Source: Candidatus Bipolaricaulota bacterium
GTDB taxonomy: Bacteria > Bipolaricaulota > Bipolaricaulia > RBG-16-55-9
Direction: 5' to 3'
DNA: 64,000 nucleotides
NCBI GenBank assembly: GCA_026982655.1
Contig: JALSGO010000083.1
Coordinates: 30-64,029, forward strand
Below are positions 1 to 9,563 of the stretch, one piece after another. Numbering within the stretch: position 1 is the stretch's first letter; each line of letters begins with the position of its first letter. Below the pieces are notes generated by a model that was not told the origin of the DNA, searched no databases, and saw only the letters and a program-made list of their open reading frames with translations. The translations under genes and the position numbers were made by a program.

Positions 1-1
1 G

Positions 2-247
2 ACGTGGGACCTGGAGACGGGCCTGCGCTGGCACCTCTCGCCGCAGTTGGCCCTCTCCCTGCAGGCCCTCTTTCTCTTCGACGTCCTCGACGGCTTCGGC
101 CCCCAGCTGGGGGCCGAGGTGCGCTGGAGCTTTCCCCTAACTTCGACAGGGTCGTGGAGGTTCTTCAACGAGGTAGGGCTGTACGTTCCCCTGAAGGAGC
201 GCTTCGTACAGCCCGTCTACGGGGCAGGGATCTCGCTGCGGTTTTGA
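2..247 (+). CDS. Partial CDS (5' end outside window): C-terminal fragment of a putative outer-membrane beta-barrel protein, ending ...SLRF
   Basis: ORF frame 2 runs off the window start; alternating hydrophobic pattern and C-terminal Phe typical of OMP beta-barrels. Confidence 0.3.
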   Translation, partial: TWDLETGLRWHLSPQLALSLQALFLFDVLDGFGPQLGAEVRWSFPLTSTGSWRFFNEVGLYVPLKERFVQPVYGAGISLRF

Positions 248-424
248 CGACGGAGGGTGGGATCCACCGGGCGATGATCCGGCTCATGTCCTGGTGAGCA
301 GGTAAGCTTTGCAGGTTTGACATGGGAGGATCTGCGAACTCCACAGACCTTCTCGTCGGAGTCTCGAAAGGAGGGGGACTAAAGCTGGGTACGTGCCAGC
401 CGGATGGGGAGAGAACGCCCCGCC

Positions 425-814
425 CTACTCCCGGCGGTGCCGGGATCGTCGGCGCTCCGGAAAGAAAGCTAAAGCAAGCCCGATGCCCACGGCATCGATG
501 AGCACGTCCCGGGGGCTCCCCTCCCGCCCCGGAACGAAGCTTTGGTGGTACTCGTCGAGCGCGGCGTAGAAGAGGGCCAAGGCCGCTGCCGTGATCCGAA
601 CATGTCGCGGTGCCAGCGAGTGAGCGCGGAGCGCCCGTCCCAGGAGCCAGGTAAGAACCGCATATTCGAACACATGCCCGACCTTCCGAAGGACGAGGTC
701 TCCGGCCCGGGGCAGCCCCGATTCCAGGGAGGGCACCGAGGAGAGGGCGAAGATGAGCCCCGCCCAGGCGAACACGGGGAGCCAGTAGCGAAGAAAAAGC
801 CTCGGGCTGTGCAT
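425..814 (-). CDS. VanZ family membrane protein
   Basis: Start chosen at internal Met (MHSPRLFLRYWLPVFAWAGLIF...); VanZ-like motifs ...EYAVLTWLLGRAL... and DEYHQSFVPGREGSPRDVLIDAVG; hydrophobic segments. Confidence 0.55.
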   Translation of the reverse strand: MHSPRLFLRYWLPVFAWAGLIFALSSVPSLESGLPRAGDLVLRKVGHVFEYAVLTWLLGRALRAHSLAPRHVRITAAALALFYAALDEYHQSFVPGREGSPRDVLIDAVGIGLALAFFPERRRSRHRRE

Positions 815-897
815 CGTAGTCGGGATGATAGCACAGATGCAGACACAGAGGAAGTTAGGTTGACGGGAGAGAGACGATCCCCTAAGCTCAGAGCGCG

Positions 898-2595
898 ATG
901 AGCTGCGGGGTCGTCGGGGTCCTCCCCCTTGCGAGCGTCGAGGCACGCGAGGCCGTAGGGCTGACCATCGAGCTGCTGGAGAACTGCCGCAACCGCGGCG
1001 AGGACGGCACCGGCTTGCTGTTGTACGGCCAAGGGCTCTTCCCCCGGCTCTTCCACATCGAGAAGTGGTTCGGCTCCGCGTACGAGATCCCGCAACGCCT
1101 CTACGAGCTCAACCTGGAACACCACCCCGAGGCCATCCTGGGGCACACCCGCTACGCCACCCGCGGCGTCATCCAGGAGGAGAACATCCACCCCGTCTGG
1201 GCCGGATTTTCACCTTCCTGCGACGGGAATTCCCGAGACTTTGAGGAAGAAGTCCACCTCTTTCTGGTGATGAACGGCGAGGTCTCGTTCACAGAGCGCT
1301 GGGTTCGCCTCGCAGAGCGAAGGGGCATCAACCTCCACGGGGCCACCACGGACACCGCCGGGTGCGCCGGGTACTTGCTGGCGCTCTACCTCGAGCGTCG
1401 CGATCTGGGGGAGGCGCTCACGGAGTTCTACAAGCAGGCCTTCCCCTTCGGTGGCTTTTCGATTCTGGGCCTGCTCCTCGACGGCCCGCAGGCGTGGTTT
1501 CTCTATCTGAGGGACGGGATGCGCCCGCTCCACCGCGCCCGCTACGAGGGCTACGAGATCTTCGTCTCGGAGACGAAGCCCTTAACGAGCTTAGGGCTCC
1601 TCTATGAGGACATCGCCGCGATCCCGGCGGGGAGCGTGGGCTTTTGCTCCTTAGAGGATCGGGCTTGGGAGCACTTGGACATGACAAAAAGGCTTAAGGG
1701 CCGGGCGTTTCGTGGGGAGTGCTCCTTCGAGTACGCGTATTTTCAAGAGCCCAACTCCGTCATGCACGGGAGGAGCATGGACGAGATCCGGAGGGAGTTC
1801 GGCAAGGCCGCCTGCCGGGAGCATCCGCCCCAAAAACCCGAAACCGACCCGGGGGCTCGGGTGGTGGTGACCCCGGTGCCCAAGTCGGGGATCAGCGCCG
1901 CCTATGGGTACGCGGAGCAGGCGCTGCGCGACGGGTACGACGTCCACCTGGGGGCGGTGGTGCTGCGCCGGGGTGGGAGGGGGAGCGAGACCCGCTCCTT
2001 CCTGGGGGAGGGCCGCCCGGAGATCGTCCGCCGTCTGCGCAAGAAGTTCGAGATCAACGTCCAAGAGGCCAAGGACGCCGTGATCGTCAACGTGGACGAC
2101 TCCATCGTCCGGGGGAACGTCTCGGCCTGGATCACCCAGGGGGAGCGAAGAGCGGGGGCGCGGGAGGTTCGATTTGTCTCGGCCTGGCCGCCCATCCTCG
2201 GCCCCTGCTTTGCGGGGATCGCCATCGACATGGGCGAGCCCTTGGCGCATCTGGTGGCGGAGTTCGAGCCCGAAGAGCTCGCCCAAGACCACACCCCCCT
2301 GGAGGAGGAACTCAAGGAGGGCTTCGAGCACGAGGAGTTCGGCCCCACGCGCTTCGACGAGGTGGGCTACGTGAGCGTCCGGGCCGTCACCGACATCTTG
2401 CGGAAGATCGTCCCCGGGGACTTCTGCACCGGCTGCTTTACGGGGCTGTACAACTACATCAACCCGCTCAACATCCGGGGGAAGCCCTATCGCTACGCGA
2501 GGTGGCTCGACGAGTTCATCGAACAGAACGGCGTGGAGATGCCGAACGCCGAGGCCCCCGAACGAGGAGAACGGGGAGAAGGAGGCGCTTCGTGA
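898..2595 (+). CDS. Class II (Ntn) glutamine amidotransferase / amidophosphoribosyltransferase-like protein, atypically long at 565 aa
   Basis: N-terminal MSCGVVG (Cys nucleophile); PRTase motif VIVNVDDSIVRGNVS; C-terminal Cys cluster CTGCFTGLYNY like the PurF Fe-S site; putative TTGACG/TAAGCT promoter about 40 nt upstream. Confidence 0.6.
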   Translation: MSCGVVGVLPLASVEAREAVGLTIELLENCRNRGEDGTGLLLYGQGLFPRLFHIEKWFGSAYEIPQRLYELNLEHHPEAILGHTRYATRGVIQEENIHPVWAGFSPSCDGNSRDFEEEVHLFLVMNGEVSFTERWVRLAERRGINLHGATTDTAGCAGYLLALYLERRDLGEALTEFYKQAFPFGGFSILGLLLDGPQAWFLYLRDGMRPLHRARYEGYEIFVSETKPLTSLGLLYEDIAAIPAGSVGFCSLEDRAWEHLDMTKRLKGRAFRGECSFEYAYFQEPNSVMHGRSMDEIRREFGKAACREHPPQKPETDPGARVVVTPVPKSGISAAYGYAEQALRDGYDVHLGAVVLRRGGRGSETRSFLGEGRPEIVRRLRKKFEINVQEAKDAVIVNVDDSIVRGNVSAWITQGERRAGAREVRFVSAWPPILGPCFAGIAIDMGEPLAHLVAEFEPEELAQDHTPLEEELKEGFEHEEFGPTRFDEVGYVSVRAVTDILRKIVPGDFCTGCFTGLYNYINPLNIRGKPYRYARWLDEFIEQNGVEMPNAEAPERGERGEGGAS

Positions 2596-2614
2596 TTCGT
2601 TTCGTGAGATCAAG

Positions 2615-3100
2615 ATGAGGAAGCGGCGGACGTGGGCTTTTGTGTTCGTGCTCTTGCTTGCGATAAGCCTTTTGTCGGGGGAGGTCCGGGCGGTCGTCCG
2701 CGTCGGTGGGGGGGTGGGGTTCGTCGGCGGGGAGGCGGCTCCGGTGGGGCGGGTCGTGCTGGACGTGCTGCCCCTGTGGTTCATCGCCCTCTCGCTGGAC
2801 GTGGAGTACTGGCTCCTCCCCGACCGGGGGGAGCTGCTGCCGTTTTTGACCGCAAGCACGACGCTGATCCTCCAAGCTACCTTGGGAGCCGGTCCCCTTC
2901 TCGCTTTCAGGCTCGCGGATGAGGAGAGGAAGATAGCGCTGCAGGGGGTGGGGCTTAAGGCCGGAATCGGGACGGTGCTCGGGCCCTTAGGACTCTTTGC
3001 CGAAGCGATCGTGCTCCCGGGAGCGGATGCTCCCCTGGCCCCGCCCCTCCGGGTGCGGGGGGAGCTGCGCTTCGCCGTCGGAGCCACGCTGGGGTTCTAG
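2615..3100 (+). CDS. Small secreted protein, possible outer-membrane beta-barrel (ends ...TLGF)
   Basis: Signal-peptide-like N-terminus MRKRRTWAFVFVLLLAISLLSGEVRA; Gly/Val-rich alternating pattern; C-terminal Phe. Confidence 0.35.
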   Translation: MRKRRTWAFVFVLLLAISLLSGEVRAVVRVGGGVGFVGGEAAPVGRVVLDVLPLWFIALSLDVEYWLLPDRGELLPFLTASTTLILQATLGAGPLLAFRLADEERKIALQGVGLKAGIGTVLGPLGLFAEAIVLPGADAPLAPPLRVRGELRFAVGATLGF

Positions 3101-3138
3101 GGGCTGGGAAGGAGGAGGAGAAAGGGAGGGGATCCTCG

Positions 3139-4945
3139 GTGAACAAGTGGATTCTGCTCGTGCTGGCGGCGCTCGTCGTAGCGCTGCTGCTCCTGGGCTT
3201 GGGACGCCCCAAGCCGGAGGCGCCGGAGCAGGTGGCTCCTACCCCTACTCCGGCACCGAGGACGGAGAGGAGGGCGGAGCCCGTCGCGGAGGAGGGCGCG
3301 TTTAGGATGCTCTACGCGGGCTCGCCCGTCGGGGAGGAGCGCTACTCCCTGCGGAGCGTCGAAGGGGAGTGGGAGCTCCGCTCCGAGGTGGACCTCTCGA
3401 TCTTCGGGCAGGAGGCTACGCTTCGGACGAACCTGCAGCTCGCAGCGCCGGACCTCCCCCAGACGTACAGCCTCCAGGCGGACACACCCCAGGAGAGACA
3501 AGAGCTGCGGGTCACCCTCGACTGGACCGCCGGAAAGGCCTCCCTCCAAGCGAAGGCGGGAAGGCGGACGGTTCAACGCGAGCTCTCCGTGGAACGCCCG
3601 CTCTTCGTGATCGACAACAACGTGAGCAGCCACTTCGTCGTGCTCTACCGGGCGCTCCGCGTCCATGACTGGGGTGCCCGCCCGGAGCTGAAGGGGATGG
3701 CGCTCGCCCCACAACCCATGCTGACGGTCCCCCTGCGGGCCGAGCCTCCGCAGTCCGCTTCCGTCGTGAACAGAGCCACGGGGGAGACGGTGGACGTACA
3801 GAGCTTCCGCGTGCAGCTGGGAGACCTTGCGATCACGGTCTATGGGCAGGGGGACACCCTGCTGGTCATCGACAACCCGGCCCAACAGGTGCTCGTCTAC
3901 CGCTCCGACCTCCTGCCGGAGGGCGTAGAGCTCTCCGCTCCCTCGTCGGAGGCGGAAGCGTCCGAATCAGCCCTTCCCCGAGGGGTGCGGGAGGTGGAGC
4001 TCTCGTTCCGGAGCGAGGGGCTCACGCTGGCGGGGACGCTCGCGCTCCCCCAAGGGGAGGGGCCGTTCCCCGCCGTGCTGCTGCTCCCCGGCTCCGGGCC
4101 CGTAGATCGCGATGAGAACGCCCCCGGATTGCCGATCGACTTCTTCCGGGAGGCAGCCCATCGCTTGGCCCGAGAGGGGATCGCGAGCTTCCGCTACGAC
4201 AAGCGCGGCGTGGGGGAGAGCGAGGGCGACCTCTCCCGGGCGGGGATGCGCGATTTGGTAAGAGACGCCCGGGCCGCCCTAGAATTTCTCAGATCCCGGG
4301 AGGAAGTCGACCCCCGCAGGGTCTTCGTGCTGGGCCACAGCGAAGGAGGGGTCTTGGCCCCCCTGCTCGCCTCGGAGGGCGGGGTCGCCGGGGTCATCCT
4401 CGTGGCCGCGCCCGCCCAGCCCCTCGATCGGGTGCTCCTAGAGCAAGCCCGGCGAATCGCCGAAGCGATGGGCCTTCCGCCCGAACAGGTGGAAGCCCAA
4501 GTCCGGCAGACCCGACGGTTCATCGAGCTGGTGAAGTCCACCGAGGGCGATTGGGAGGACCTCCCCCCGGAGGAGCTCCAAGAGCGCTTCCCCTTGGCTC
4601 ACCGAGGAGCTGCTCGAGGCGTATCAGGGCCTCTCTCTGAGGTGGTTCCGCGAGCACTTTCGGCACAACCCCCTGCGGGCCGTGCAGTTCGTGCAGGCCC
4701 CCGTGCTGATCCTCCACGGCGAGAAGGATTTGCAGGTCGCGCCCTACCACGCGGAGCGCCTGGCCGAGGCCCTGCGCGAGGCCGGAAACCCGGACGTCAC
4801 GGTGAAGATCCTCCCCGACCTCAACCACCTCCTGCGCCGCCACCCGGAGGAACCCAGCGTCGCCTATCGGCATCTGGACGAGCCCGTGGACGAGCGCGTC
4901 CTGCGCCTCATCGCCGACTGGGTGAAGGAGCGCCTAGGGGGCTAA
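3139..4945 (+). pseudogene. Signal-anchored alpha/beta hydrolase (dienelactone hydrolase / S9-like fold) with an apparent +1 frameshift near 4590-4600
   Basis: Frame-1 ORF 3139.. encodes a TM anchor, a domain of unknown function and the hydrolase core (GHSEGG nucleophile elbow), then degenerates into Pro/Arg-rich sequence. The homologous C-terminus (VLILHGEKD...LPDLNHLL, Asp/His of the triad) is in frame 2 (ORF 4682..4945). GTG start with GGAGGAGGAG RBS. Confidence 0.55.
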
Positions 4946-6844
4946 GTGCTCCGTGAAGAAGCGGACGATCTCGTTATAGCATCGAACTTTGTTGGGGAAC
5001 TTCGTCACGTCGTGCCCCTCGTCCTCGAACACCAAGTATTCGACCTGCTTCCCCTGCCGACGGAGTTCCTCGACCAAGTCGCGCGACTCGGCTTCCACCA
5101 CCCGCGGGTCGTTCTTCCCCTGAATCACCAGTAGGGGGCACGCCAGACGGTGCAAATGCGTCTTGGGCGATCGCTCCACCAAGAAGTCGCGGTCGCGCTC
5201 GGGATCCCCTAGGATCATCCGGAAGTACGTCTGCCACGTCGGGGGGATGCGCTCCAAAAACGTTAAGAGGTTGTACGGCCCGAACATGTCGCAGGCGGCC
5301 TTCCACAATTCGGGGTGGCAGCCTGCGAGCATCAACGTCATATAGCCCCCGTAGGAGCGGCCCATGACGCCCGCACGCTCTAGGTCCAGCCTCTCGTCGT
5401 CCTTGAGGTGCTCGAAGGCGGCTACGTGGTCTAAGCGGTCCTTCCCGCCCCAGTCGCGGTCCACCTGCTTCATGTAGGAGAGCCCATAGCCGGAGCTGCC
5501 CCGGACGTTGGGGACGAAGACCGCAAAGCCCTTCAGCGTGAAGTACTGGATCAAGGGCATGGAGAACCAGGTGAAGTCGGGGCGCTCCTGGCTGTGGGGT
5601 CCCCCGTGGATGTAGAAGATCACGGGCCGTGGGCCTCGATACCCCAGCTGCTCCGAGGGCAGATACAACCGGGCGGAGACCCGCAGCCCGTCGTGGCTCT
5701 CATACGAGGCGTCCTCCCCCGGGGAGAGGAGCTCTTGAGGGATCCCCAGCACCCGCTCGCGGGTGTGCCGCCTCACCTCCCCGTCCTCCACGGTGTAGAT
5801 CTGCGCGGGCGAGGTGGCGGTGGAGAACGTCAGCACGAAGTGCCCGCTCCCCTTGTCGAAGTGCAAAGACTGGAGCACGCCGTCCCGCAGCGGGGCTTGG
5901 AGGCCGCAGATCGGGCGCTCGATGCGCAGTCGAAGGGCCTCTTCGTCGAAGGTCCCCTCGTAGACGTAGGAGCAGCCGTCGATGTTGTAATAAACGAGGT
6001 AGCGGTCGCCGTGGAGGCGCTCCAGGCCGGTAAGCTCCCCGAGGCCTCGGTGGAGGGTCCCCTCCACAGCCACGGGGCGCACGTCCTTGGGGTTCGCCAG
6101 CGGGAAGTACCCCAGGCCGTAGGTATCCTCGAAGAGGGAGGTCACAAAGAGCAGCCCCTCCCGCGTGAAGTGGCAGTCGTGGATCGAGTTTAAGGGGACC
6201 TCCTCGCCCGCTCGTCGTCCCTCTAAAGGCGTGCCGAAGAGGAGCTCCCGCCGTCGGGAGCCCTCCTCCCAGAGGTAGAGCACGTGATCCCCCGCCGTGT
6301 AGGAGTCCCGGAGGATGAGCTTTCGGTGATCCTCGCTTACGCCGTCCACGAGGTTGCCGTAGAGGCTCGTCCCCAGCTCTTCCCGTTTTAGGGTCTCGAG
6401 ATGGCAGCGGAACGTGAGGTGATTCGGGTCGGTGCGCGGGTCGACGGAGAAGTACGCTAGGTTGGCGTCGGGATCGCAGCGGAGGAGCCGGAGCTGTTGG
6501 CCCTCAAATTCTTCCCCGAAGAGCGGCTCGGGGAAGCCCCCCTCCAGGGGGATGACGTACGGCTGATAGTTCTCGTCCCCGTCGCGGTCGATCATCACCA
6601 CGATCTTCCCCAGTCGGGGGAAGACGGAGAAGGGCTTCCCGAACAGGAGGGCCGGGGTGTGCAGCGCCACGTCCCGGGGCAGCAAGGGCTCGGGGACGCT
6701 CCCGCCCTGGTCCATGGCGTACAGACTCAGGCGCCCGGAGAGGTCGCTGACGAAGTAGATGCGCTCCCCCACGAGCTGGGGGCTTACGAAGAGCCGAGTC
6801 GACAATAGGGCTTCTACAGATACAGACGTGCGGAGCGATGTCAT
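4934..6844 (-). CDS. S9 family peptidase (prolyl oligopeptidase / acylaminoacyl-peptidase-like), N-terminal beta-propeller plus C-terminal alpha/beta hydrolase
   Basis: YIHGGPHSQ...GRSYGGYMTL (GxSxG), Asp and His (DEGHD) downstream; start set at MTSLRTSV with AAGGGGAGAG RBS. Confidence 0.85.
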   Translation of the reverse strand: MTSLRTSVSVEALLSTRLFVSPQLVGERIYFVSDLSGRLSLYAMDQGGSVPEPLLPRDVALHTPALLFGKPFSVFPRLGKIVVMIDRDGDENYQPYVIPLEGGFPEPLFGEEFEGQQLRLLRCDPDANLAYFSVDPRTDPNHLTFRCHLETLKREELGTSLYGNLVDGVSEDHRKLILRDSYTAGDHVLYLWEEGSRRRELLFGTPLEGRRAGEEVPLNSIHDCHFTREGLLFVTSLFEDTYGLGYFPLANPKDVRPVAVEGTLHRGLGELTGLERLHGDRYLVYYNIDGCSYVYEGTFDEEALRLRIERPICGLQAPLRDGVLQSLHFDKGSGHFVLTFSTATSPAQIYTVEDGEVRRHTRERVLGIPQELLSPGEDASYESHDGLRVSARLYLPSEQLGYRGPRPVIFYIHGGPHSQERPDFTWFSMPLIQYFTLKGFAVFVPNVRGSSGYGLSYMKQVDRDWGGKDRLDHVAAFEHLKDDERLDLERAGVMGRSYGGYMTLMLAGCHPELWKAACDMFGPYNLLTFLERIPPTWQTYFRMILGDPERDRDFLVERSPKTHLHRLACPLLVIQGKNDPRVVEAESRDLVEELRRQGKQVEYLVFEDEGHDVTKFPNKVRCYNEIVRFFTEHLAP

Positions 6845-6930
6845 ATGGGTTCTCTCCCCTTGGATCTCGATTGAGGGTAACGGCATCGTACCCCAAACGG
6901 GGAGGGGGCACAAGGTCCGCCTGCTGGTCG

Positions 6931-7263
6931 TCAGGTTGGCATGACTTCGTAGAGTTGAAACTCGTTGGGACGGCTGAACCACTCCTTCGACGCTCCGCGG
7001 CGATGGCCTTTTTGGAACTCCTCCGAGTTCGTCCAGCGTTCGAAGTCCTCTCTCGATTCCCACCAGGTCATCACCAGGTAGTCCTCTCCGGTGGTGGGGC
7101 GGAGGATCTGGATGCGCACGAACCCCGGCATCGTCTCCACCAGCCGCTCCCGCTCGCGGAACCGCTGCTCGAAGGACTCCCGATACTCCGGTTTCACGAA
7201 GATCCGGTTGACGGCAACGATCATCTCGTCTACCTCCTCGCTACGGGATCGGATGTGCATCAC
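6931..7263 (-). CDS. Antibiotic biosynthesis monooxygenase (ABM) domain protein
   Basis: About 110 aa, ferredoxin-like ABM pattern (VAVNRIFVKPEYRESFEQRF...GFVRIQILRP...); start GTGATG overlaps the stop of the upstream methyltransferase (translational coupling). Confidence 0.65.
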   Translation of the reverse strand: MMHIRSRSEEVDEMIVAVNRIFVKPEYRESFEQRFRERERLVETMPGFVRIQILRPTTGEDYLVMTWWESREDFERWTNSEEFQKGHRRGASKEWFSRPNEFQLYEVMPT

Positions 7264-8384
7264 GTTCTCATTATAGTGCGCGGCGTCTCCGCTCGATAGA
7301 GCGTGTGCGCTCCGGTGGCTGCGAGTGTCTCCACCTGTTGGAAGGACTCCCGGAGCCAGCGGAGGAGGGGGAGCCCCGCGGAGCTTACGACGTAGGCCCT
7401 CCCCCGGGGCTGCAACACCCGGGCTGCCCCCTGGATGAACCGCTGGGCCGTCTCCCGATCCCGCGTCCAGTCGCGATGAGCCGGGGGGTAGGTCAGCACG
7501 ACGTCAAAGCGTTCCCCTGCGATGCCGGAGGTGACGTCGCTATATCGTACCGCCGCCTGGGGCTCGGAGAGCCCGTAGAGCGCGAGGGTGCGCCGGGAGG
7601 CCTCCAAGGCGGCGGCGCTTACGTCCACCAGCACCGCTCGCGCCGCAAAGCGCCGGACTGCGAGGAGCCCCACGATTCCGGACCCGCATCCCAGGTCCAG
7701 CACGCGCTCCCCCGGCCTGAGGTCCATAGATTCTAGCAGCATGCGGGTCCCTGGGTCGAGTCCCTCGGCACCGTAGGCGAAGAGGGCCGGGTGGGTGTAG
7801 CTGTGCCACCTTTGCCCGTAGACCTCGACCTCGTGGAGCCGAAACCCCTCTCCGGGGTCCTCCCTCCGGGAGGAGAGAAGGAGCACGGCGCAGGCAGCTC
7901 GGCAGCCTCCGCCGTACGTCTCCTCCTCCAGATCCCCAAACAGCTCCCGTGTGAAGGCCAGGGCACCGGAGATGCCGCCGCGCTTCGGACCCGCCAGGCA
8001 GAACCGCCCGCCGGGTCGAAGGTACCAAGCGGCCAGCCGGATCAGTCGGCGGGTGAACTCCTTCCCCTTGGGGATGGAAAGACAGACGAGATCGAAGCTT
8101 CCCGGCGTAAGAACCGCGTAGCCGTCGCCGTGGAGGAGTCGGATTCGTCGCCCTGGATCGCGATCGCCCATGAGGCTGTCGCGGGCGAGAGCCCGGCGGA
8201 GGGCTTCAATGGCCCCTCCGTGGTCGTCCGCCAGCACCACGTCCCCGAGAGCTCGGCGGACGAGGAAGCGGGCGAGCTCACCCTTCCCTGCGCCACACCG
8301 CAGGTCGAGAACCCGGCGGGTGGGAGGAGAGAGGCTCAACCGGGCGATGAGCAGGCGGGCTGCGGGATCGCCGGGCTCCCTCAT
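7260..8384 (-). CDS. Tandem-domain class I SAM-dependent methyltransferase, RsmC/RlmG-like (rRNA guanine-N2 methyltransferase family)
   Basis: Two Rossmann methyltransferase halves; C-terminal half has motif I VLDLGCGSGIVG and motif IV DVVLTYPPAH (NPPF-like). Start taken at Met77 of the ORF, giving an ATGA overlap with the upstream gene. Confidence 0.55.
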   Translation of the reverse strand: MREPGDPAARLLIARLSLSPPTRRVLDLRCGAGKGELARFLVRRALGDVVLADDHGGAIEALRRALARDSLMGDRDPGRRIRLLHGDGYAVLTPGSFDLVCLSIPKGKEFTRRLIRLAAWYLRPGGRFCLAGPKRGGISGALAFTRELFGDLEEETYGGGCRAACAVLLLSSRREDPGEGFRLHEVEVYGQRWHSYTHPALFAYGAEGLDPGTRMLLESMDLRPGERVLDLGCGSGIVGLLAVRRFAARAVLVDVSAAALEASRRTLALYGLSEPQAAVRYSDVTSGIAGERFDVVLTYPPAHRDWTRDRETAQRFIQGAARVLQPRGRAYVVSSAGLPLLRWLRESFQQVETLAATGAHTLYRAETPRTIMRT

Positions 8385-9175
8385 TCTAGGGGGGCCGGGG
8401 GACTCCAAAACCCCACGAGCCAAACCTCCGATGCTGCGGCACGGAGTCGGATCGGACGGGCTGCGGAGAGCAGGGTCAACCCGCCGGGCTCCACCGTCAC
8501 CTCGGAGCCGAAGCGGTTCGTGCCCAGCCGCAACCCACCCCGCATCACGTAGAGCGCGACATCGCCTTCCGCCGGCCGCAGAGACCCCGTCCCCCGCAGG
8601 CGCAGGAGCCAAACGCTCCCGGTGGGGGACTCGAAGACGGGGGAGCCCTCTATGCTCTCGCCCTCTCCGGCTTCGGCTTCGACGTCGGTACCGGCCTTGA
8701 GCGACCTCAGAGGTTGGGTAAACCGCACGTCAAGAGCGATCCGAAGCGGAAAGAGCCCTCCAGAGATCGGCGGCTCGTCCCGGGTCACCGAGGGGGGAGG
8801 CGTGGAGAAGACGAGCAGGAGGAGAGTCCGATCGCCCGAAGGGCGGATCTCCGCTTGGGTCCCTTGGAAGAGGATGAGCAGCTCCTCCGCGTCCAGGCGG
8901 AGGTCCCCCTGAGGGAAGGTGGCGTGCCCTTGGCCCCGAAGGGCGAGCACGGCCTCGTGGCTGGCGGGGTTCGAGCGCCAGCTCTCCCCCGGCGGGATGC
9001 GCCAGAGGGTAAGGCGCCCCGACGGGTTCTCCCAGAGGACCCAAGGGGAAGGGGAGAGGGGGTCCCGGATCTCCTCCGGCGCGAGCACCCGAGGCCGAGA
9101 GCCCCCGCCGACGAGGAGATTCAGCGCCCACAGCCCCGTAAGCGCAGCGATCAGGAGGGCGAGAACCCAACGCAT
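8381..9175 (-). CDS. Secreted hypothetical protein
   Basis: Signal peptide MRWVLALLIAALTGLWALNLLVGG; no recognisable catalytic motif. Confidence 0.45.
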   Translation of the reverse strand: MRWVLALLIAALTGLWALNLLVGGGSRPRVLAPEEIRDPLSPSPWVLWENPSGRLTLWRIPPGESWRSNPASHEAVLALRGQGHATFPQGDLRLDAEELLILFQGTQAEIRPSGDRTLLLLVFSTPPPSVTRDEPPISGGLFPLRIALDVRFTQPLRSLKAGTDVEAEAGEGESIEGSPVFESPTGSVWLLRLRGTGSLRPAEGDVALYVMRGGLRLGTNRFGSEVTVEPGGLTLLSAARPIRLRAAASEVWLVGFWSPPAPLE

Positions 9176-9188
9176 GCGGCCCCGTCCT

Positions 9189-9563
9189 TCAGCCCCTCAT
9201 CGTGGGGGGGGGAGCGGGTTGGTCTCGACGGATCTCGTCCAGGGTTTCCACCGCCCTTCGCAAATGGGGGATGACGATGGACCCGCCTACGATCAAGGCA
9301 ACGCCGAACGCTTCGAAGAGCTCCTCGTCGGTTACGCCCTGCTCGGTGCACCGTAAGAGGTGGTACGTGATGCAGTCGTCACAGCGGAGCACCATCGAGG
9401 CTACCAACCCCATAAGCTCCTTCGTGCGGGCGGGCAGGGCCCCGTCCCGATACATCTGGGTGTCCAAGCTGAAGAGCCGGTTGATCGCAAGGTTCCCCTG
9501 GCGAAAGATCCGCTCGTTCATCCGTTCGCGGTACTCCTGGAATGCCTTGAGGCGATCGCCCAT
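9189..9563 (-). CDS. Carboxymuconolactone decarboxylase (AhpD-like) family protein
   Basis: 124 aa; CxxC-type motif RCDDCITYHLLRC characteristic of the AhpD/CMD core. Confidence 0.7.
   Translation of the reverse strand: MGDRLKAFQEYRERMNERIFRQGNLAINRLFSLDTQMYRDGALPARTKELMGLVASMVLRCDDCITYHLLRCTEQGVTDEELFEAFGVALIVGGSIVIPHLRRAVETLDEIRRDQPAPPPTMRG

Noticed and set aside
1651-3087. Long antisense ORFs (for example 1651..3087 -, 30766..32670 -, 33986..35893 -, 36015..37103 -, 52496..54430 -, 61574..62875 -) and many Pro/Arg/Gly-rich ORFs overlapping annotated genes
   Set aside because: Typical shadow ORFs of a 70%-GC genome. They have low-complexity R/P/G/A composition and no recognisable domains, and they lie opposite or out of frame to genes with strong homology signatures.
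3139-4956. The 605-aa ORF taken as one intact CDS
   Set aside because: The sequence after about residue 485 is Pro/Arg-rich nonsense, while the conserved hydrolase C-terminus is in the +1 frame. It was annotated as a frameshifted gene instead.
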